A DNA stretch of 64,000 nucleotides from Candidatus Woesearchaeota archaeon (GCA_041665465.1 JBAYIU010000001.1:985332-1049331), one strand, 5' to 3'; shown: positions 9,702 to 19,191, counted from the stretch's first letter. Numbers and translations: made by a program. Notes: generated from the sequence alone by a model not told the origin.

Positions 9702-9868
9702 GCCCCGGTAGTGTAGCCCGGACCAAGATAAACTTGTTTATTTTGGGGACAAACTATCATCCCACACTTTCGAGAACTTAATAAGTTTGAAGAGATGTGG
9801 GGACTCGGGTTCAAATGTTGGCGCTCGATAACAATTCGAACGTCAGTGAGAAATTCCCGACCGGGGCA
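9702..9868 (+). tRNA. tRNA-Glu(UUC) with three introns: D-loop (about 30 nt), canonical 37/38 (22 nt) and T-loop 59-61 (39 nt)
   Basis: Acceptor GCCCCGG/CCGGGGC with discriminator A. D-arm GUGU-AGCCCGGACCA(A)...UCAU as in archaeal tRNA-Glu. Anticodon stem CCACA/UGUGG. Loop CUUUCG+A with anticodon at 9769-9771. T-stem UCGGG/CCCGA with loop UUCAAAU interrupted before the 3' strand. Spliced length about 75-76 nt. TTTTAAAT box about 25-32 nt upstream and T-tract downstream. Confidence 0.7.
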
Positions 9869-9891
9869 CATTTTTATTTTATTTTTCAAGT

Positions 9892-10164
9892 GTGTCGCTT
9901 TGTCGACAAACATATATAAATCTGTTTATCCTTCTTTCAACTATGGATGCCAATATACTTTTCGCTGTGATCACTGGGGTATTCTGTGGCTGGATGGTTT
10001 CGCATATGAAAGAATATATTACTGAACCGGTGTTAAACATATTTCTTAGGTTAGTACCGGAAAAGAGGTATATATGCAGGATTTTAATTCAAGCTTTAAC
10101 TTCAATGGCTAGTCTGATTCTTGTTTTTGTGATAATATTTATTGTTGAGTTGCTCTTCTTTTAA
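9892..10164 (+). CDS. Hypothetical small membrane protein
   Basis: Hydrophobic segments. Low confidence, may start at an internal Met. Confidence 0.3.
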   Translation: MSLCRQTYINLFILLSTMDANILFAVITGVFCGWMVSHMKEYITEPVLNIFLRLVPEKRYICRILIQALTSMASLILVFVIIFIVELLFF

Positions 10165-10208
10165 TATAACCAAAACGTTTATTAAAACTTAAAGTATTCT
10201 TCATTTAA

Positions 10209-10787
10209 ATGAATATAAAAATGTTCTTAGGGATTGTATTTTTAGTATTTTTCATTATTGTTCTAGTTGGTTGTGATTCTTCAGTTTTTGCAAGTTTAAC
10301 TGGTTGTCCACAATTAAATATCTCAATGACACTTAGATGTCCCGAATCTATGCCCTGTTTACTTTATGATGGGGATATCATTGCAGATTTAACTAATCAG
10401 GAATATAGAGCACAGTCCAATTCTTACGTTAATTGTAGAGGAGCATCACTTGAAGGAGAGAATAAAAACTATCTTTATTGTGATGTTGGTGGAAGAATCG
10501 GACATATTAATACCAAAATAATCCAGCAGGCATCAGGATTTTTTGATTCCACATACGAGATTGAAAGAATACCTTTTGTTGTAAAAGTACCAAAAGAAGA
10601 AGGGGATGTTATTCAAAAACAAGAGCTCGTTAGAAAAAGTTTTACAAATATTTATTCTAAGGAAGATAGCGTATTTATCAAAACCATATGTGGGAAAGAC
10701 CCAGTTGAGATAGTTAAAGAGCGTCAAAAAGAGAAAACAAGACAATATAAGGAACGCGTAGGGCAGATTGGTAGCTTTTTTGAATAA
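10209..10787 (+). CDS. Secreted/lipoprotein-like Cys-rich hypothetical protein
   Basis: N-terminal signal-like TM then LVGC lipobox-like motif. Multiple Cys. Confidence 0.5.
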   Translation: MNIKMFLGIVFLVFFIIVLVGCDSSVFASLTGCPQLNISMTLRCPESMPCLLYDGDIIADLTNQEYRAQSNSYVNCRGASLEGENKNYLYCDVGGRIGHINTKIIQQASGFFDSTYEIERIPFVVKVPKEEGDVIQKQELVRKSFTNIYSKEDSVFIKTICGKDPVEIVKERQKEKTRQYKERVGQIGSFFE

Positions 10788-10828
10788 CCCTCCAAACATT
10801 TATATTATATGTTTGTTTAACTATACTT

Positions 10829-11248
10829 ATGTGGATAATAGATTTATGTATCAAATTATATGAATTGATTGTAGGATATAAAGCAAGATTAACGATTAAT
10901 AATGTTACAATTTATCCTCACGGAAAAGACCTTTTACAAGGGAGAGGGTCCCATTCTATCGATATCGATTTAATAATCAGAAATAAAAGTTCTAAATCTT
11001 CTACAGTTGAAGGAATATATTTAAATCTGAATGGTAAATCATTGAAAAATATTCTCCAAAAAAAGAACTTACTAATAGAATCATTAAATGTATTGAATAA
11101 TTATTCTAAATCAGTAGAATTACATACAAACACAAGTATCTCTGATCTTAAAAAAATTCTGAACAAAAATGTAAATAAATTAGAAATTATTGTTGCCCAT
11201 ACTTATGGTGAAGTAAAATGGAAAGAAGATATTGAGTTGAAACTCTAA
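10829..11248 (+). CDS. Hypothetical protein
   Basis: 139 aa, Asn/Lys/Ile-rich. No motifs. Confidence 0.4.
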   Translation: MWIIDLCIKLYELIVGYKARLTINNVTIYPHGKDLLQGRGSHSIDIDLIIRNKSSKSSTVEGIYLNLNGKSLKNILQKKNLLIESLNVLNNYSKSVELHTNTSISDLKKILNKNVNKLEIIVAHTYGEVKWKEDIELKL

Positions 11249-11552
11249 TTAATTGAACCTAATTTGTGTTATCCACCTGCAATTAAAAGTAATATCAAAG
11301 TGTCTAAAAAGACACTTCCCTTTTAGAACCGTTTAGTTTCCTTTAGTTTTTCAAAGAAGTTTTTCTATTTTCCTTGTTTGTAAGTTTGATAATTCCCACC
11401 TACTCACAAAGATACCTTTATAAAATATAAACTATTATCTCCCTTAAGGGTGATGGAAGATTAAGAAATTTAGTGGATATATTCCTATAATCTTAGCGAT
11501 ACTATTAATAATCCTTTCTTTCTTCATCGTTAAACCATTCTTAGAAGCCATC

Positions 11553-12491
11553 TTGATGGGAGGAATCTTAGCTTACTTTGCTTATCCCCTGTATAAATGG
11601 ATCAATAAACACTTCTCTGATACTATTGCCTCTTTAGTGGTATGTGTCATCATCTTGGCGTTATTAGTTGTTCCAGCGGTATTTATAATAAATGTATTAG
11701 TAGAAGATTCTTACACCACTTTTAATTTAATTAAAGAAAAGCTATCTGTCGGATTATTATCAGAATGTACGAACTCTCTTTGTCAGAGAGTAGAAAGTCT
11801 GATTCAATTACCTTCAGTAAAGGGCCAAATTCAGACCGTTACTGAGTTTCTTACCTCTAAAGTGTTCCAGTTAGGGTCACAATTCTTACTGAGTCTTCCT
11901 CGGTTTATCTTAAATCTATTTGTAATGTTTTTCACTTTGTTCTACTTCCTTAAACATGGAAAACATTTCTTAGTAAAAATAAGCAAATATTTGAGCATGC
12001 AGAAAAAGGAGTATGCCTATATCCTTTCCAGATTAAGCGAGATTGTACATGGAGTAGTTTATGGTTATTTAATGGTAGCATTAATTCAAGGTGCTTTGGG
12101 AGCATTAGGTTTCTTAATCTTTGGAGTTTCTTCTCCTTTTTTCTGGGGTTTAATTATGGCCTTATTTGCTCTGATTCCTATTTTAGGTACAGGAGTAGTG
12201 TGGGTGCCAGCTTCCTTGATTTTATTCTTTGATGGAATGATTCAAAGTTCTAACTCTTTAATGTTTAAGGGAATCGGATTATTCTTGTATGGACTATTAA
12301 TTGTTAGTACCATTGACAATATTCTTAAACCAAAATTAATCAGCGAGAAAGCTAAAGTTCATCCAGTAATTATCATGATTGGAGTATTCGGGGGACTATT
12401 GTTGTTCGGTCCATTAGGAGTGATTATCGGTCCGTTAGTTTTGGCTACCACTCAAGTAGTATTTGAAACTTATCTTAACAAGAAAGTTTGA
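11553..12491 (+). CDS. AI-2E family transporter (PerM/YhhT/TqsA-like). The N-terminus probably extends upstream to about 11454 but no canonical in-frame start codon is present there
   Basis: Eight-TM topology and the ILAYFAYPLYKW region typical of AI-2E. The in-frame upstream 33 codons encode a further TM helix (IPIILAILLIILSFFIVKPFLEAIL) bounded by TGA at 11451. Confidence 0.7.
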   Translation: MMGGILAYFAYPLYKWINKHFSDTIASLVVCVIILALLVVPAVFIINVLVEDSYTTFNLIKEKLSVGLLSECTNSLCQRVESLIQLPSVKGQIQTVTEFLTSKVFQLGSQFLLSLPRFILNLFVMFFTLFYFLKHGKHFLVKISKYLSMQKKEYAYILSRLSEIVHGVVYGYLMVALIQGALGALGFLIFGVSSPFFWGLIMALFALIPILGTGVVWVPASLILFFDGMIQSSNSLMFKGIGLFLYGLLIVSTIDNILKPKLISEKAKVHPVIIMIGVFGGLLLFGPLGVIIGPLVLATTQVVFETYLNKKV

Positions 12492-12956
12492 TCATACTGG
12501 TCTACTTCTAGCATAATTGACCAATTGTTGAAGATAAGCTTCAATCTGCATCTCTTCCGGGATATTCTCTACCTTAAGTTTATTCCCTAAATCCAGATGA
12601 TAAGTCTTGAATCTCTTGTCCACAAAACTTTGCACTCTTACTACTTGAGAAACTTGAGTATAAAAAATAGCTTTCTTGTGTAACATAATCCGGTTCTGAT
12701 AAAATCGGTAAGGTTGGCCTACTTGGTGATACCCTAAATAAATTCCCAAAGCCAGAATCATTCCTAATAAAACAATAGAAGCTAAGTTAACCGCACTTTG
12801 TTGTTCAGCGTCTAGTTGTAATAAAGATAAATTTAGCAGGATTCCTGCATAGAATAATCCTCCCAGAACTATTAAAGTGATAATCTTGGGTACCATCACT
12901 CTCTTCTTATTCTGCGGTAAAAGGTACAAAGGCTGCTCTGGGGTTTGTTCTACCAT
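12492..12956 (-). CDS. Two-TM membrane protein, hypothetical
   Basis: 154 aa. N-terminal TM hairpin with a soluble C-terminal domain. Confidence 0.45.
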   Translation of the reverse strand: MVEQTPEQPLYLLPQNKKRVMVPKIITLIVLGGLFYAGILLNLSLLQLDAEQQSAVNLASIVLLGMILALGIYLGYHQVGQPYRFYQNRIMLHKKAIFYTQVSQVVRVQSFVDKRFKTYHLDLGNKLKVENIPEEMQIEAYLQQLVNYARSRPV

Positions 12957-13052
12957 AGTCTGAAGGATTATTTTTTGGTTTATATGGTTTACTGAAGAAG
13001 AGGGATTAAAAACAAAAGATTTTTTAAATAAAGCCGGAAATTGATACCTTGT

Positions 13053-13193
13053 GGACCCATAGTCTAGCGGCTATAACGACTCGTTGACGAGAACATTCTC
13101 AAAGTCGAGTAGATCCCCGGTTCGAATATAAGAGCAGTCTGCCCTTATCAACCCCCACAAGAAGGTTGAAATACGAAAGTCCGGGTGGGTCCA
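13053..13193 (+). tRNA. tRNA-Val(GAC) with two introns: canonical 37/38 (15 nt) and T-loop (53 nt)
   Basis: Acceptor GGACCCA/UGGGUCC with discriminator A. Anticodon stem ACUCG/CGAGU. Loop UUGACG with anticodon at 13086-13088. Intron hairpin GAGAA-CA-UUCUC. T-stem CCCGG/CCGGG with loop UUCGAAU split by a 53 nt insert (13128-13180). D-stem pairing is weak. Spliced length 73 nt. TATA-like TTTTTTAAATA upstream and T-tract downstream. Confidence 0.65.
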
Positions 13194-13249
13194 CTCATTT
13201 TCTTCCACCTTTTAGAAAATGTTATAAACCTGAATAAAGTATCTTAAGT

Positions 13250-14374
13250 ATGCATAATGATCATCATTTTTGGTGGAGATACTTCCCTAAGAAAGAATTA
13301 ACTCAAGTTTACATCTCTGCAGCTATCCGTTCTTTTGCTATTTCTCTGATTAGTTTATTCGTTCCGTTATACTTGTACGTAGAATTAGGATACAGTTTAA
13401 ATCAAACTATCTGGATGTTTATGGTTTATGCTGTGGCTCTGGCGGTATTCTCACCGATAGCAGCAAAGTTTGCTGCTAGATTTGGATTTAAACATTCAGT
13501 ATTAGTTAGTGTTCCTTTATACTTAGGATTTATCGGAATGTTATATCTTCTACCTTTCTATAAGATTCCTCTTTATGTCCTAGGTATAACTTTAGGAACC
13601 TCTTTAGCTTTCTATTGGATGGGAATGCATCTTATTTTCATGAAAGCTAGTGATTGTAAACATCGAGGGGAAGAAGTAGGAAAGAGAGAAAGCATTTCTA
13701 TTCTAGCTACTATGGTTGGTCCAATCCTGGGAGGATTATTGATTAACCTCTTAGGATTTAAACCGGTATTTCTCTTTACTGGAATATTGTTATTTATTTC
13801 TGCCTTCTTCTTGTTCTTAAGTAAAGACCAGCATACTCGCTACCATTTCTCTTTAACTTCTTTATTTGATCCTAAGGAGTGGAAAAATTATTTATTCTTT
13901 ATCTCTAGAGGGACTCGGGCCTTAGCTGCAGGAGTAATCTGGCCCTTGTTTATTTTTGTGATCTTGAAAGATTATCTTTCTTTGGGGATAGTAGAGTCAA
14001 TCCTAGCCGGGATAAGCGCCTTTTTGTTATGGTTCATGGGCAGATATAGCGACCATCTAAATAAACATAAAATATTACATTGGACTACTTGGTTTGAAGC
14101 TCTGTCTTGGGGAGGCCGAGCATTAGTAACCACTATCGATCAAATCTTAAGTGTAACTATCTTTGGTTCTTTAACTTACGGAATATTTGAAGCTCCAGCC
14201 GGAGCTTTAGAGTATGATAAAGCTTGTGGAGATAAAACCGCTTACTTTGTGAACAGAGAAATCTTTATTTGTGTGGGTAGGCTATTGGTGGGGGGAGTTG
14301 TGTTGCTAACTAGTAGCTTAATAGGGGGATTATTATTCAATGGGGTGGCTACTTTTGCTACTTTCTTATTCTAA
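13250..14374 (+). CDS. MFS-type transporter
   Basis: 374 aa, about 10-12 TM helices, two-fold repeat organisation. Confidence 0.65.
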   Translation: MHNDHHFWWRYFPKKELTQVYISAAIRSFAISLISLFVPLYLYVELGYSLNQTIWMFMVYAVALAVFSPIAAKFAARFGFKHSVLVSVPLYLGFIGMLYLLPFYKIPLYVLGITLGTSLAFYWMGMHLIFMKASDCKHRGEEVGKRESISILATMVGPILGGLLINLLGFKPVFLFTGILLFISAFFLFLSKDQHTRYHFSLTSLFDPKEWKNYLFFISRGTRALAAGVIWPLFIFVILKDYLSLGIVESILAGISAFLLWFMGRYSDHLNKHKILHWTTWFEALSWGGRALVTTIDQILSVTIFGSLTYGIFEAPAGALEYDKACGDKTAYFVNREIFICVGRLLVGGVVLLTSSLIGGLLFNGVATFATFLF

Positions 14375-14376
14375 CC

Positions 14377-15024
14377 ATGAATGCAGAAACAGAATTTTTA
14401 TCCGGACTGATTAAGTTACAGTATGGAATGAAGGTCGAACCTAGACTTAGAAGGTTAGCTAAAAAAGTAACTTGGGCGAAAAACTGGCCTCAAGATAGAA
14501 CTTCTTTCTGGAACGCAGAAGCGTTTATGTGGGGTCATAAAATCCAGAAAGAAAGACGTGATTTAATAAAAAAAGAACTTTCCTTTCTAAAAGGAAAGAA
14601 TTTAGATCTGGGTTGTGGCAGTTATTCTTATCTTCCTTCTGTGGGGTTTGATCTTTCTTCCAAAATGCTTGATTTTAATGAAAACCTTTCTAAAAAAGTA
14701 ATTGGAGATTTAGAACATGCTTTACCTTTTAAGCCAAATTCCTTCGATTCAGTTACAGCTATCTTTGTGTTAAATTATGTTAAAAATTATCCCCTACTAT
14801 TTACAGAAGTACACCGAGTTCTCAAAGATCAAGGCAATTTTGTGGCTTTATTGAGCGCTAAAGGGGTACAGGCCTGGCATGCTCAGCAACAAGTTAATTC
14901 TTTTACTTCTTTAATATGGAAGAAAAACTTACAGAAGTCGGGGTTTAAAGTAAAGGTTAAGATCAAGGATAAGTTATGTTTCTTCTTCTGTCAAAAAGCA
15001 ACCAAAAAGTCACCCTGGCCGTAA
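14377..15024 (+). CDS. Class I SAM-dependent methyltransferase
   Basis: Motif I LDLGCGSY and downstream acidic motifs. Confidence 0.65.
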   Translation: MNAETEFLSGLIKLQYGMKVEPRLRRLAKKVTWAKNWPQDRTSFWNAEAFMWGHKIQKERRDLIKKELSFLKGKNLDLGCGSYSYLPSVGFDLSSKMLDFNENLSKKVIGDLEHALPFKPNSFDSVTAIFVLNYVKNYPLLFTEVHRVLKDQGNFVALLSAKGVQAWHAQQQVNSFTSLIWKKNLQKSGFKVKVKIKDKLCFFFCQKATKKSPWP

Positions 15025-15179
15025 AACAAGTGATCCTTAGTAAGTATATTTGAAAAGGAGCATCTACCAATTCTCATTTAGGATAGCAGTTCTTGTTTTA
15101 TCTCCTGGCCTAGGTGGTGACTTTCAAAAAGATAAAACTTATTAAGGTTTGAAGCTATTCTTCATTAAAAAGAGGAAAG

Positions 15180-16739
15180 ATGGACGAAACACAATTATGG
15201 AGAGATCTTCTGAAAGAAGGAGATCCTAAACGTTCTGAATTATTAGTAAAGTATGGTTTCATTAAAAAGGAAGCTTTAAGCAAATATCAATATAATAAAG
15301 AAAAAGCGGTGTATGAAGCTGCTCCCGGATATGAATTTAGTAACGATGATGCCGCAGAAGAGAATACTGAAATTCTTAAAGATCAGTATGGTAAAACCGG
15401 TTTTCCTGCTTCATTTAAGAAATATAAAGCAATATGGGAAGTGTACGATTTGAGTTTAGAAGAACCTTATTTCTGGGTTTTAGACAGTTTGAAAGAAAAC
15501 TTTCCAGAAATATTAAAATTAGAAGATTCCTTTGCAGCGGCAGAAAATTCTGCTTTCTTTGGAGTTACTCAGCAAAGGTTGGGTGCACAACAAGATAAAG
15601 TATCTCAATACCTGGCTACTACCGGAAAGATGATTAAAGAAATGTTCCAGATGGTTAGAGAATTAAGAATCTTAGATGAACGTCTTGGTTATTATGACGA
15701 TGTGGATGTCGAATTGAAGAAACCTCTCTCTCAGCGAGGTAAAAGTTCTGATATAACTCTCAAAGGAGTGTTTATCGATTTGGTTCAAGGAGGAGGTAAA
15801 AGTGCTTCTTCTGTTTATGGAATGGCCAGAGAATTAGAGTTTGTCACTCTGCCCGATTTATTCTTCGATACCCCGCCGTTGAAAAGTAAAGGCGAACTGG
15901 AAGGGCATATGGTTGGATTAAGTAAAGATTTCAATCGTAGCGTGCTAAGGGTTTTAGAGCGACATCTTGCTCAATATATCGAATGGCGTGTTCGTACTGG
16001 CCAAGAACATCGTAGCCGTAAACGTTTCATGTTACAATACTTGTTACAACATTTCCGTATCATTCAGATGTACATCGTGTGGGTAAAACCATACTTGAAG
16101 CATGTAGCTAAACTTAACGTGAAAGAATCACGGATGAAATCGCCAGATCTAGTTTCTGCTTTTGAAGGAAGCATGTTGGATATAGAGATATTAGCTAAAA
16201 AGAAAAAAGGTAAAGCTAACGAATGTATTCTGGTTACTTTCAATTATCGTACTCGGCCTGAACTTAAAATTCAGCAAGAAGGATATCAGCGTGGACCAGT
16301 ACACATCGGTAAGATGGAAATGAATCTGAGGGTGTATGGATGGACCGATGAAGAGATCAAGAATTATATTCGGCTCAAAGAGAAAGAAACTATGCTTTTG
16401 ATGTCAGACATTTCTGGAGCAGTATTCAACGCTATGGAAGCTTTGGGAGAAGAATTGGATCGTTATATCGCTGAAGCTAAAGGTGAAGAGTATAAAGAGA
16501 AAGGAGAAGATAAGAAGAATTCTTCAAAAGTTAAAAAAACCTTCATGGAAAAATTCTTAGGCGATTTCTATACTCCTTCTGAAACTAAAGCCAAGATGAA
16601 AGGCACGAGTGCTAAAGAGCTTAGACAGAAAGTAGCAGGAGAAGAAGGGGCAAAGAAAGAAGCAGCAAAAGGTGCTGCAGGTACTTGTTGGAACACTTAT
16701 AATAATTTCAAGAAGTCTCGTGGAATGATTTCCTGGTAA
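15180..16739 (+). CDS. Large hypothetical protein (519 aa), charged C-terminal tail
   Basis: Long clean ORF. No recognisable catalytic motifs. Lys/Glu-rich C-terminus. Confidence 0.45.
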   Translation: MDETQLWRDLLKEGDPKRSELLVKYGFIKKEALSKYQYNKEKAVYEAAPGYEFSNDDAAEENTEILKDQYGKTGFPASFKKYKAIWEVYDLSLEEPYFWVLDSLKENFPEILKLEDSFAAAENSAFFGVTQQRLGAQQDKVSQYLATTGKMIKEMFQMVRELRILDERLGYYDDVDVELKKPLSQRGKSSDITLKGVFIDLVQGGGKSASSVYGMARELEFVTLPDLFFDTPPLKSKGELEGHMVGLSKDFNRSVLRVLERHLAQYIEWRVRTGQEHRSRKRFMLQYLLQHFRIIQMYIVWVKPYLKHVAKLNVKESRMKSPDLVSAFEGSMLDIEILAKKKKGKANECILVTFNYRTRPELKIQQEGYQRGPVHIGKMEMNLRVYGWTDEEIKNYIRLKEKETMLLMSDISGAVFNAMEALGEELDRYIAEAKGEEYKEKGEDKKNSSKVKKTFMEKFLGDFYTPSETKAKMKGTSAKELRQKVAGEEGAKKEAAKGAAGTCWNTYNNFKKSRGMISW

Positions 16740-16748
16740 GTTTGGTTA

Positions 16749-17012
16749 TTATTCTTTCTTTTTAGAGTTTTTCTGATTCGAAAGAAGTGCATATGCTACG
16801 CCTAACCCTCCGAAGGCTAACTTCCCCTTAGCATAAAGAAGATCTACATAGCAATTACCAGGTGAACAGAGATCTACATGATTGACCACTCCTTGATACA
16901 TTTTCTGAACCAGACTTGTGCCAGTTCCGTCTGGAGCAAATAAATCGTAAAGTCCCCAACAAGCCAATCCTGCTCCTGCAACTCCCACAATAATTTCTAA
17001 TTTTTTATTCAT
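16749..17012 (-). CDS. Small two-TM membrane protein with Cys pair
   Basis: 87 aa, Gly/Ala-rich TM segments. Confidence 0.35.
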   Translation of the reverse strand: MNKKLEIIVGVAGAGLACWGLYDLFAPDGTGTSLVQKMYQGVVNHVDLCSPGNCYVDLLYAKGKLAFGGLGVAYALLSNQKNSKKKE

Positions 17013-17114
17013 AGATACTACTTCTTAGGGGTACTATTTAAATCTTTTGGTAAGGTTGAAAGTAGGTAAGCGGAATTTTCATTCAAATTTAAACCAGAAA
17101 ATATAAAGAATTAC

Positions 17115-17540
17115 TTAAATAACAAAATCCTCTCTGAGGAAAACTAATGCTTCCAAATCTTTTAGTTCGTTGACTAATTGTTCTGTAGTGTCGAGGGGCT
17201 TTAGTAGATACGTTCCTTCGCTTCCGGCGGTGTATCCTCTTTCTCCAGTTAAAACTTTGTAAAATTCAGTGGTGGTTATTTCTCTAGCTACAGCTAGTCC
17301 TAGTCCTCTCATTTCCGGTTTTTCTGTGGTCTTGGCAATCCCCATAATATACATTCTTTCTACCAAACCCGCTCCATTCTTCTTAATTGTCTCTTCTTTA
17401 TTAGGATTAGCAATCAGGCCCGGAGTAAATGTGGCAGCACCAATTTTCCACAGACTGTCCTCTCCTAATTGTTGTCTTAAGTGTTGAGCATAAGCAGTTC
17501 TTACTTCTGGTTGTTCCATTAAAGGTATTGTTTCGTACAT
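17115..17540 (-). CDS. Hypothetical protein (141 aa)
   Basis: Clean ORF, composition protein-like. No motifs. Confidence 0.45.
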   Translation of the reverse strand: MYETIPLMEQPEVRTAYAQHLRQQLGEDSLWKIGAATFTPGLIANPNKEETIKKNGAGLVERMYIMGIAKTTEKPEMRGLGLAVAREITTTEFYKVLTGERGYTAGSEGTYLLKPLDTTEQLVNELKDLEALVFLREDFVI

Positions 17541-17656
17541 GGTGAATTATTTCACTAGGGGAAGTTTATAAGTTTTTATCCTGTGAGATAGTTACATTCT
17601 AGTTCGTATTTCTTCCTCCTAAAACTTTTTATACTTCTTCCTCTATTAAGGTTAAT

Positions 17657-18292
17657 ATGGCTAAAGATGATCTAAAGAACTTACCTCCAGAAGAACGGAT
17701 TAAGAAACTAAAAGAGTTAGAACAACAGAAAAGGAAAGAGATAGAAGATGCTCAAAAGGAAATAAAGGAGAGCGAGAAGGAATTAACTGAAAAGCGAAAA
17801 CAAAAAGAGAAAACACCTATCCCTCAAGTAGCTAGCAGTGATTTAGAAAGTCTAAGCGAAGAAGAAAAAGAAGTGGTGCGTACTCATCGGGGATTGAAGA
17901 AAGAGAAAAAGGAAGCGGTAGAAGAAAAAACCGTTAAACCTCAACGAGTGGACGATTCTGAATTAGAACATCTAGCTAGAGAAAGAGTAGAACTTCCTCC
18001 AGAATTGATGCAATCAGAATATACCTTGAAGCTTAGTCAAGCTCCCATGAAAGACATATATGCGGAGATGACTAAAATCAATCGGGCAGTAGAAGAAAAA
18101 GGGTATATCAATGCGGAAGAACAGAGAAAAGCTCAATATCTAAGTTCAGCCGTGGAAAGAAAACTGGAAGATGTGGAAACAGGAAAATACTCTTTTACTG
18201 AATCAGTCGCAGCTGCTGCTAGTTTAACTCAGCAGATGGGTCTTAAACTTAGAGATGTGTATAAAAGAAGTAACGATTTATATAAAAATTAA
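17657..18292 (+). CDS. Coiled-coil, Lys/Glu-rich hypothetical protein
   Basis: 211 aa, heptad-like charged repeats. Confidence 0.45.
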   Translation: MAKDDLKNLPPEERIKKLKELEQQKRKEIEDAQKEIKESEKELTEKRKQKEKTPIPQVASSDLESLSEEEKEVVRTHRGLKKEKKEAVEEKTVKPQRVDDSELEHLARERVELPPELMQSEYTLKLSQAPMKDIYAEMTKINRAVEEKGYINAEEQRKAQYLSSAVERKLEDVETGKYSFTESVAAAASLTQQMGLKLRDVYKRSNDLYKN

Positions 18293-19191
18293 TTCTTAAC
18301 AATTATTGTTTCCGGAATCTTTTCTTCACTAACATTCATCACTGCACGTAATCCATCAATGACTTTACTTTTCTGTGCATTTAAATCGTTAAGATTCTTT
18401 TCCGAGATCATTTTATCTGCGTTAACTCGATCAAACAATTGTTGGTTTAAATTAATGCATTTATAGATTAAATGGATAGTCACATCTCTTCTCCATTCCA
18501 GTTTGTTCTGGTCTAAGATCCCAATTAGCTCGTTGACCTTCTCAAAAGAATTAATTACACTATTAAATACCAATTCCGTGTTTAAGGTGTCTAATACTTT
18601 AGTATACTGACTACCATCTTGTCGATATACTAAAGCATAAACTTCACGTAAGATATCTTCTAAAGAAGAAATATAAGTATATAAGTCGCTAATCTCTCGC
18701 TTGTGCACTTCTTTTTCTTCTACTCGGCTGATGATCCTGCTGATGTTTTGTCTAAATACCAATAAAGAAGAACGTACTCGATTGACTTTCTCATGAAAAG
18801 ATAATTCGTAAATCTCTTCTAGAATAATATTCTGTTTGATAGAAACAAATTTAGAAGTAACTACCGCTAATAACAAAAATCCAAAAATCACTTCAAAGAT
18901 GGCTACCACTTTAAACATTCCAAAAGGGACAATATCTCCAAATCCGGTAGTGGTAGCAGTAATAAAGCTAAAGTAAACATGATTTAATATTCCTTCTACC
19001 GGTCCATTGGTAGGATTATAATGCAAATAAGAGACGTCTGTACTGAAGAAATAATAAGATAACCCGAATAGGAATACTAAAGTTATCCACACGGAGAGAA
19101 TTGCCGCGAAAGAAAGTTTATCGAACCAACTGTTAACTTTTTTCTGAGCGATTTGATCTACAAATTCGTCAATGGGAGTAAAATTTTTCAT
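18289..19191 (-). CDS. Potassium channel (two-TM pore-loop type) with cytoplasmic C-terminal domain
   Basis: Selectivity-filter signature TATTTGFGD between two TM helices. Confidence 0.8.
   Translation of the reverse strand: MKNFTPIDEFVDQIAQKKVNSWFDKLSFAAILSVWITLVFLFGLSYYFFSTDVSYLHYNPTNGPVEGILNHVYFSFITATTTGFGDIVPFGMFKVVAIFEVIFGFLLLAVVTSKFVSIKQNIILEEIYELSFHEKVNRVRSSLLVFRQNISRIISRVEEKEVHKREISDLYTYISSLEDILREVYALVYRQDGSQYTKVLDTLNTELVFNSVINSFEKVNELIGILDQNKLEWRRDVTIHLIYKCINLNQQLFDRVNADKMISEKNLNDLNAQKSKVIDGLRAVMNVSEEKIPETIIVKN

Noticed and set aside
9698-10025. ORFs 9698..9913 (-) and 9795..10025 (+)
   Set aside because: They overlap the tRNA-Glu gene and its terminator and have no protein-like features.
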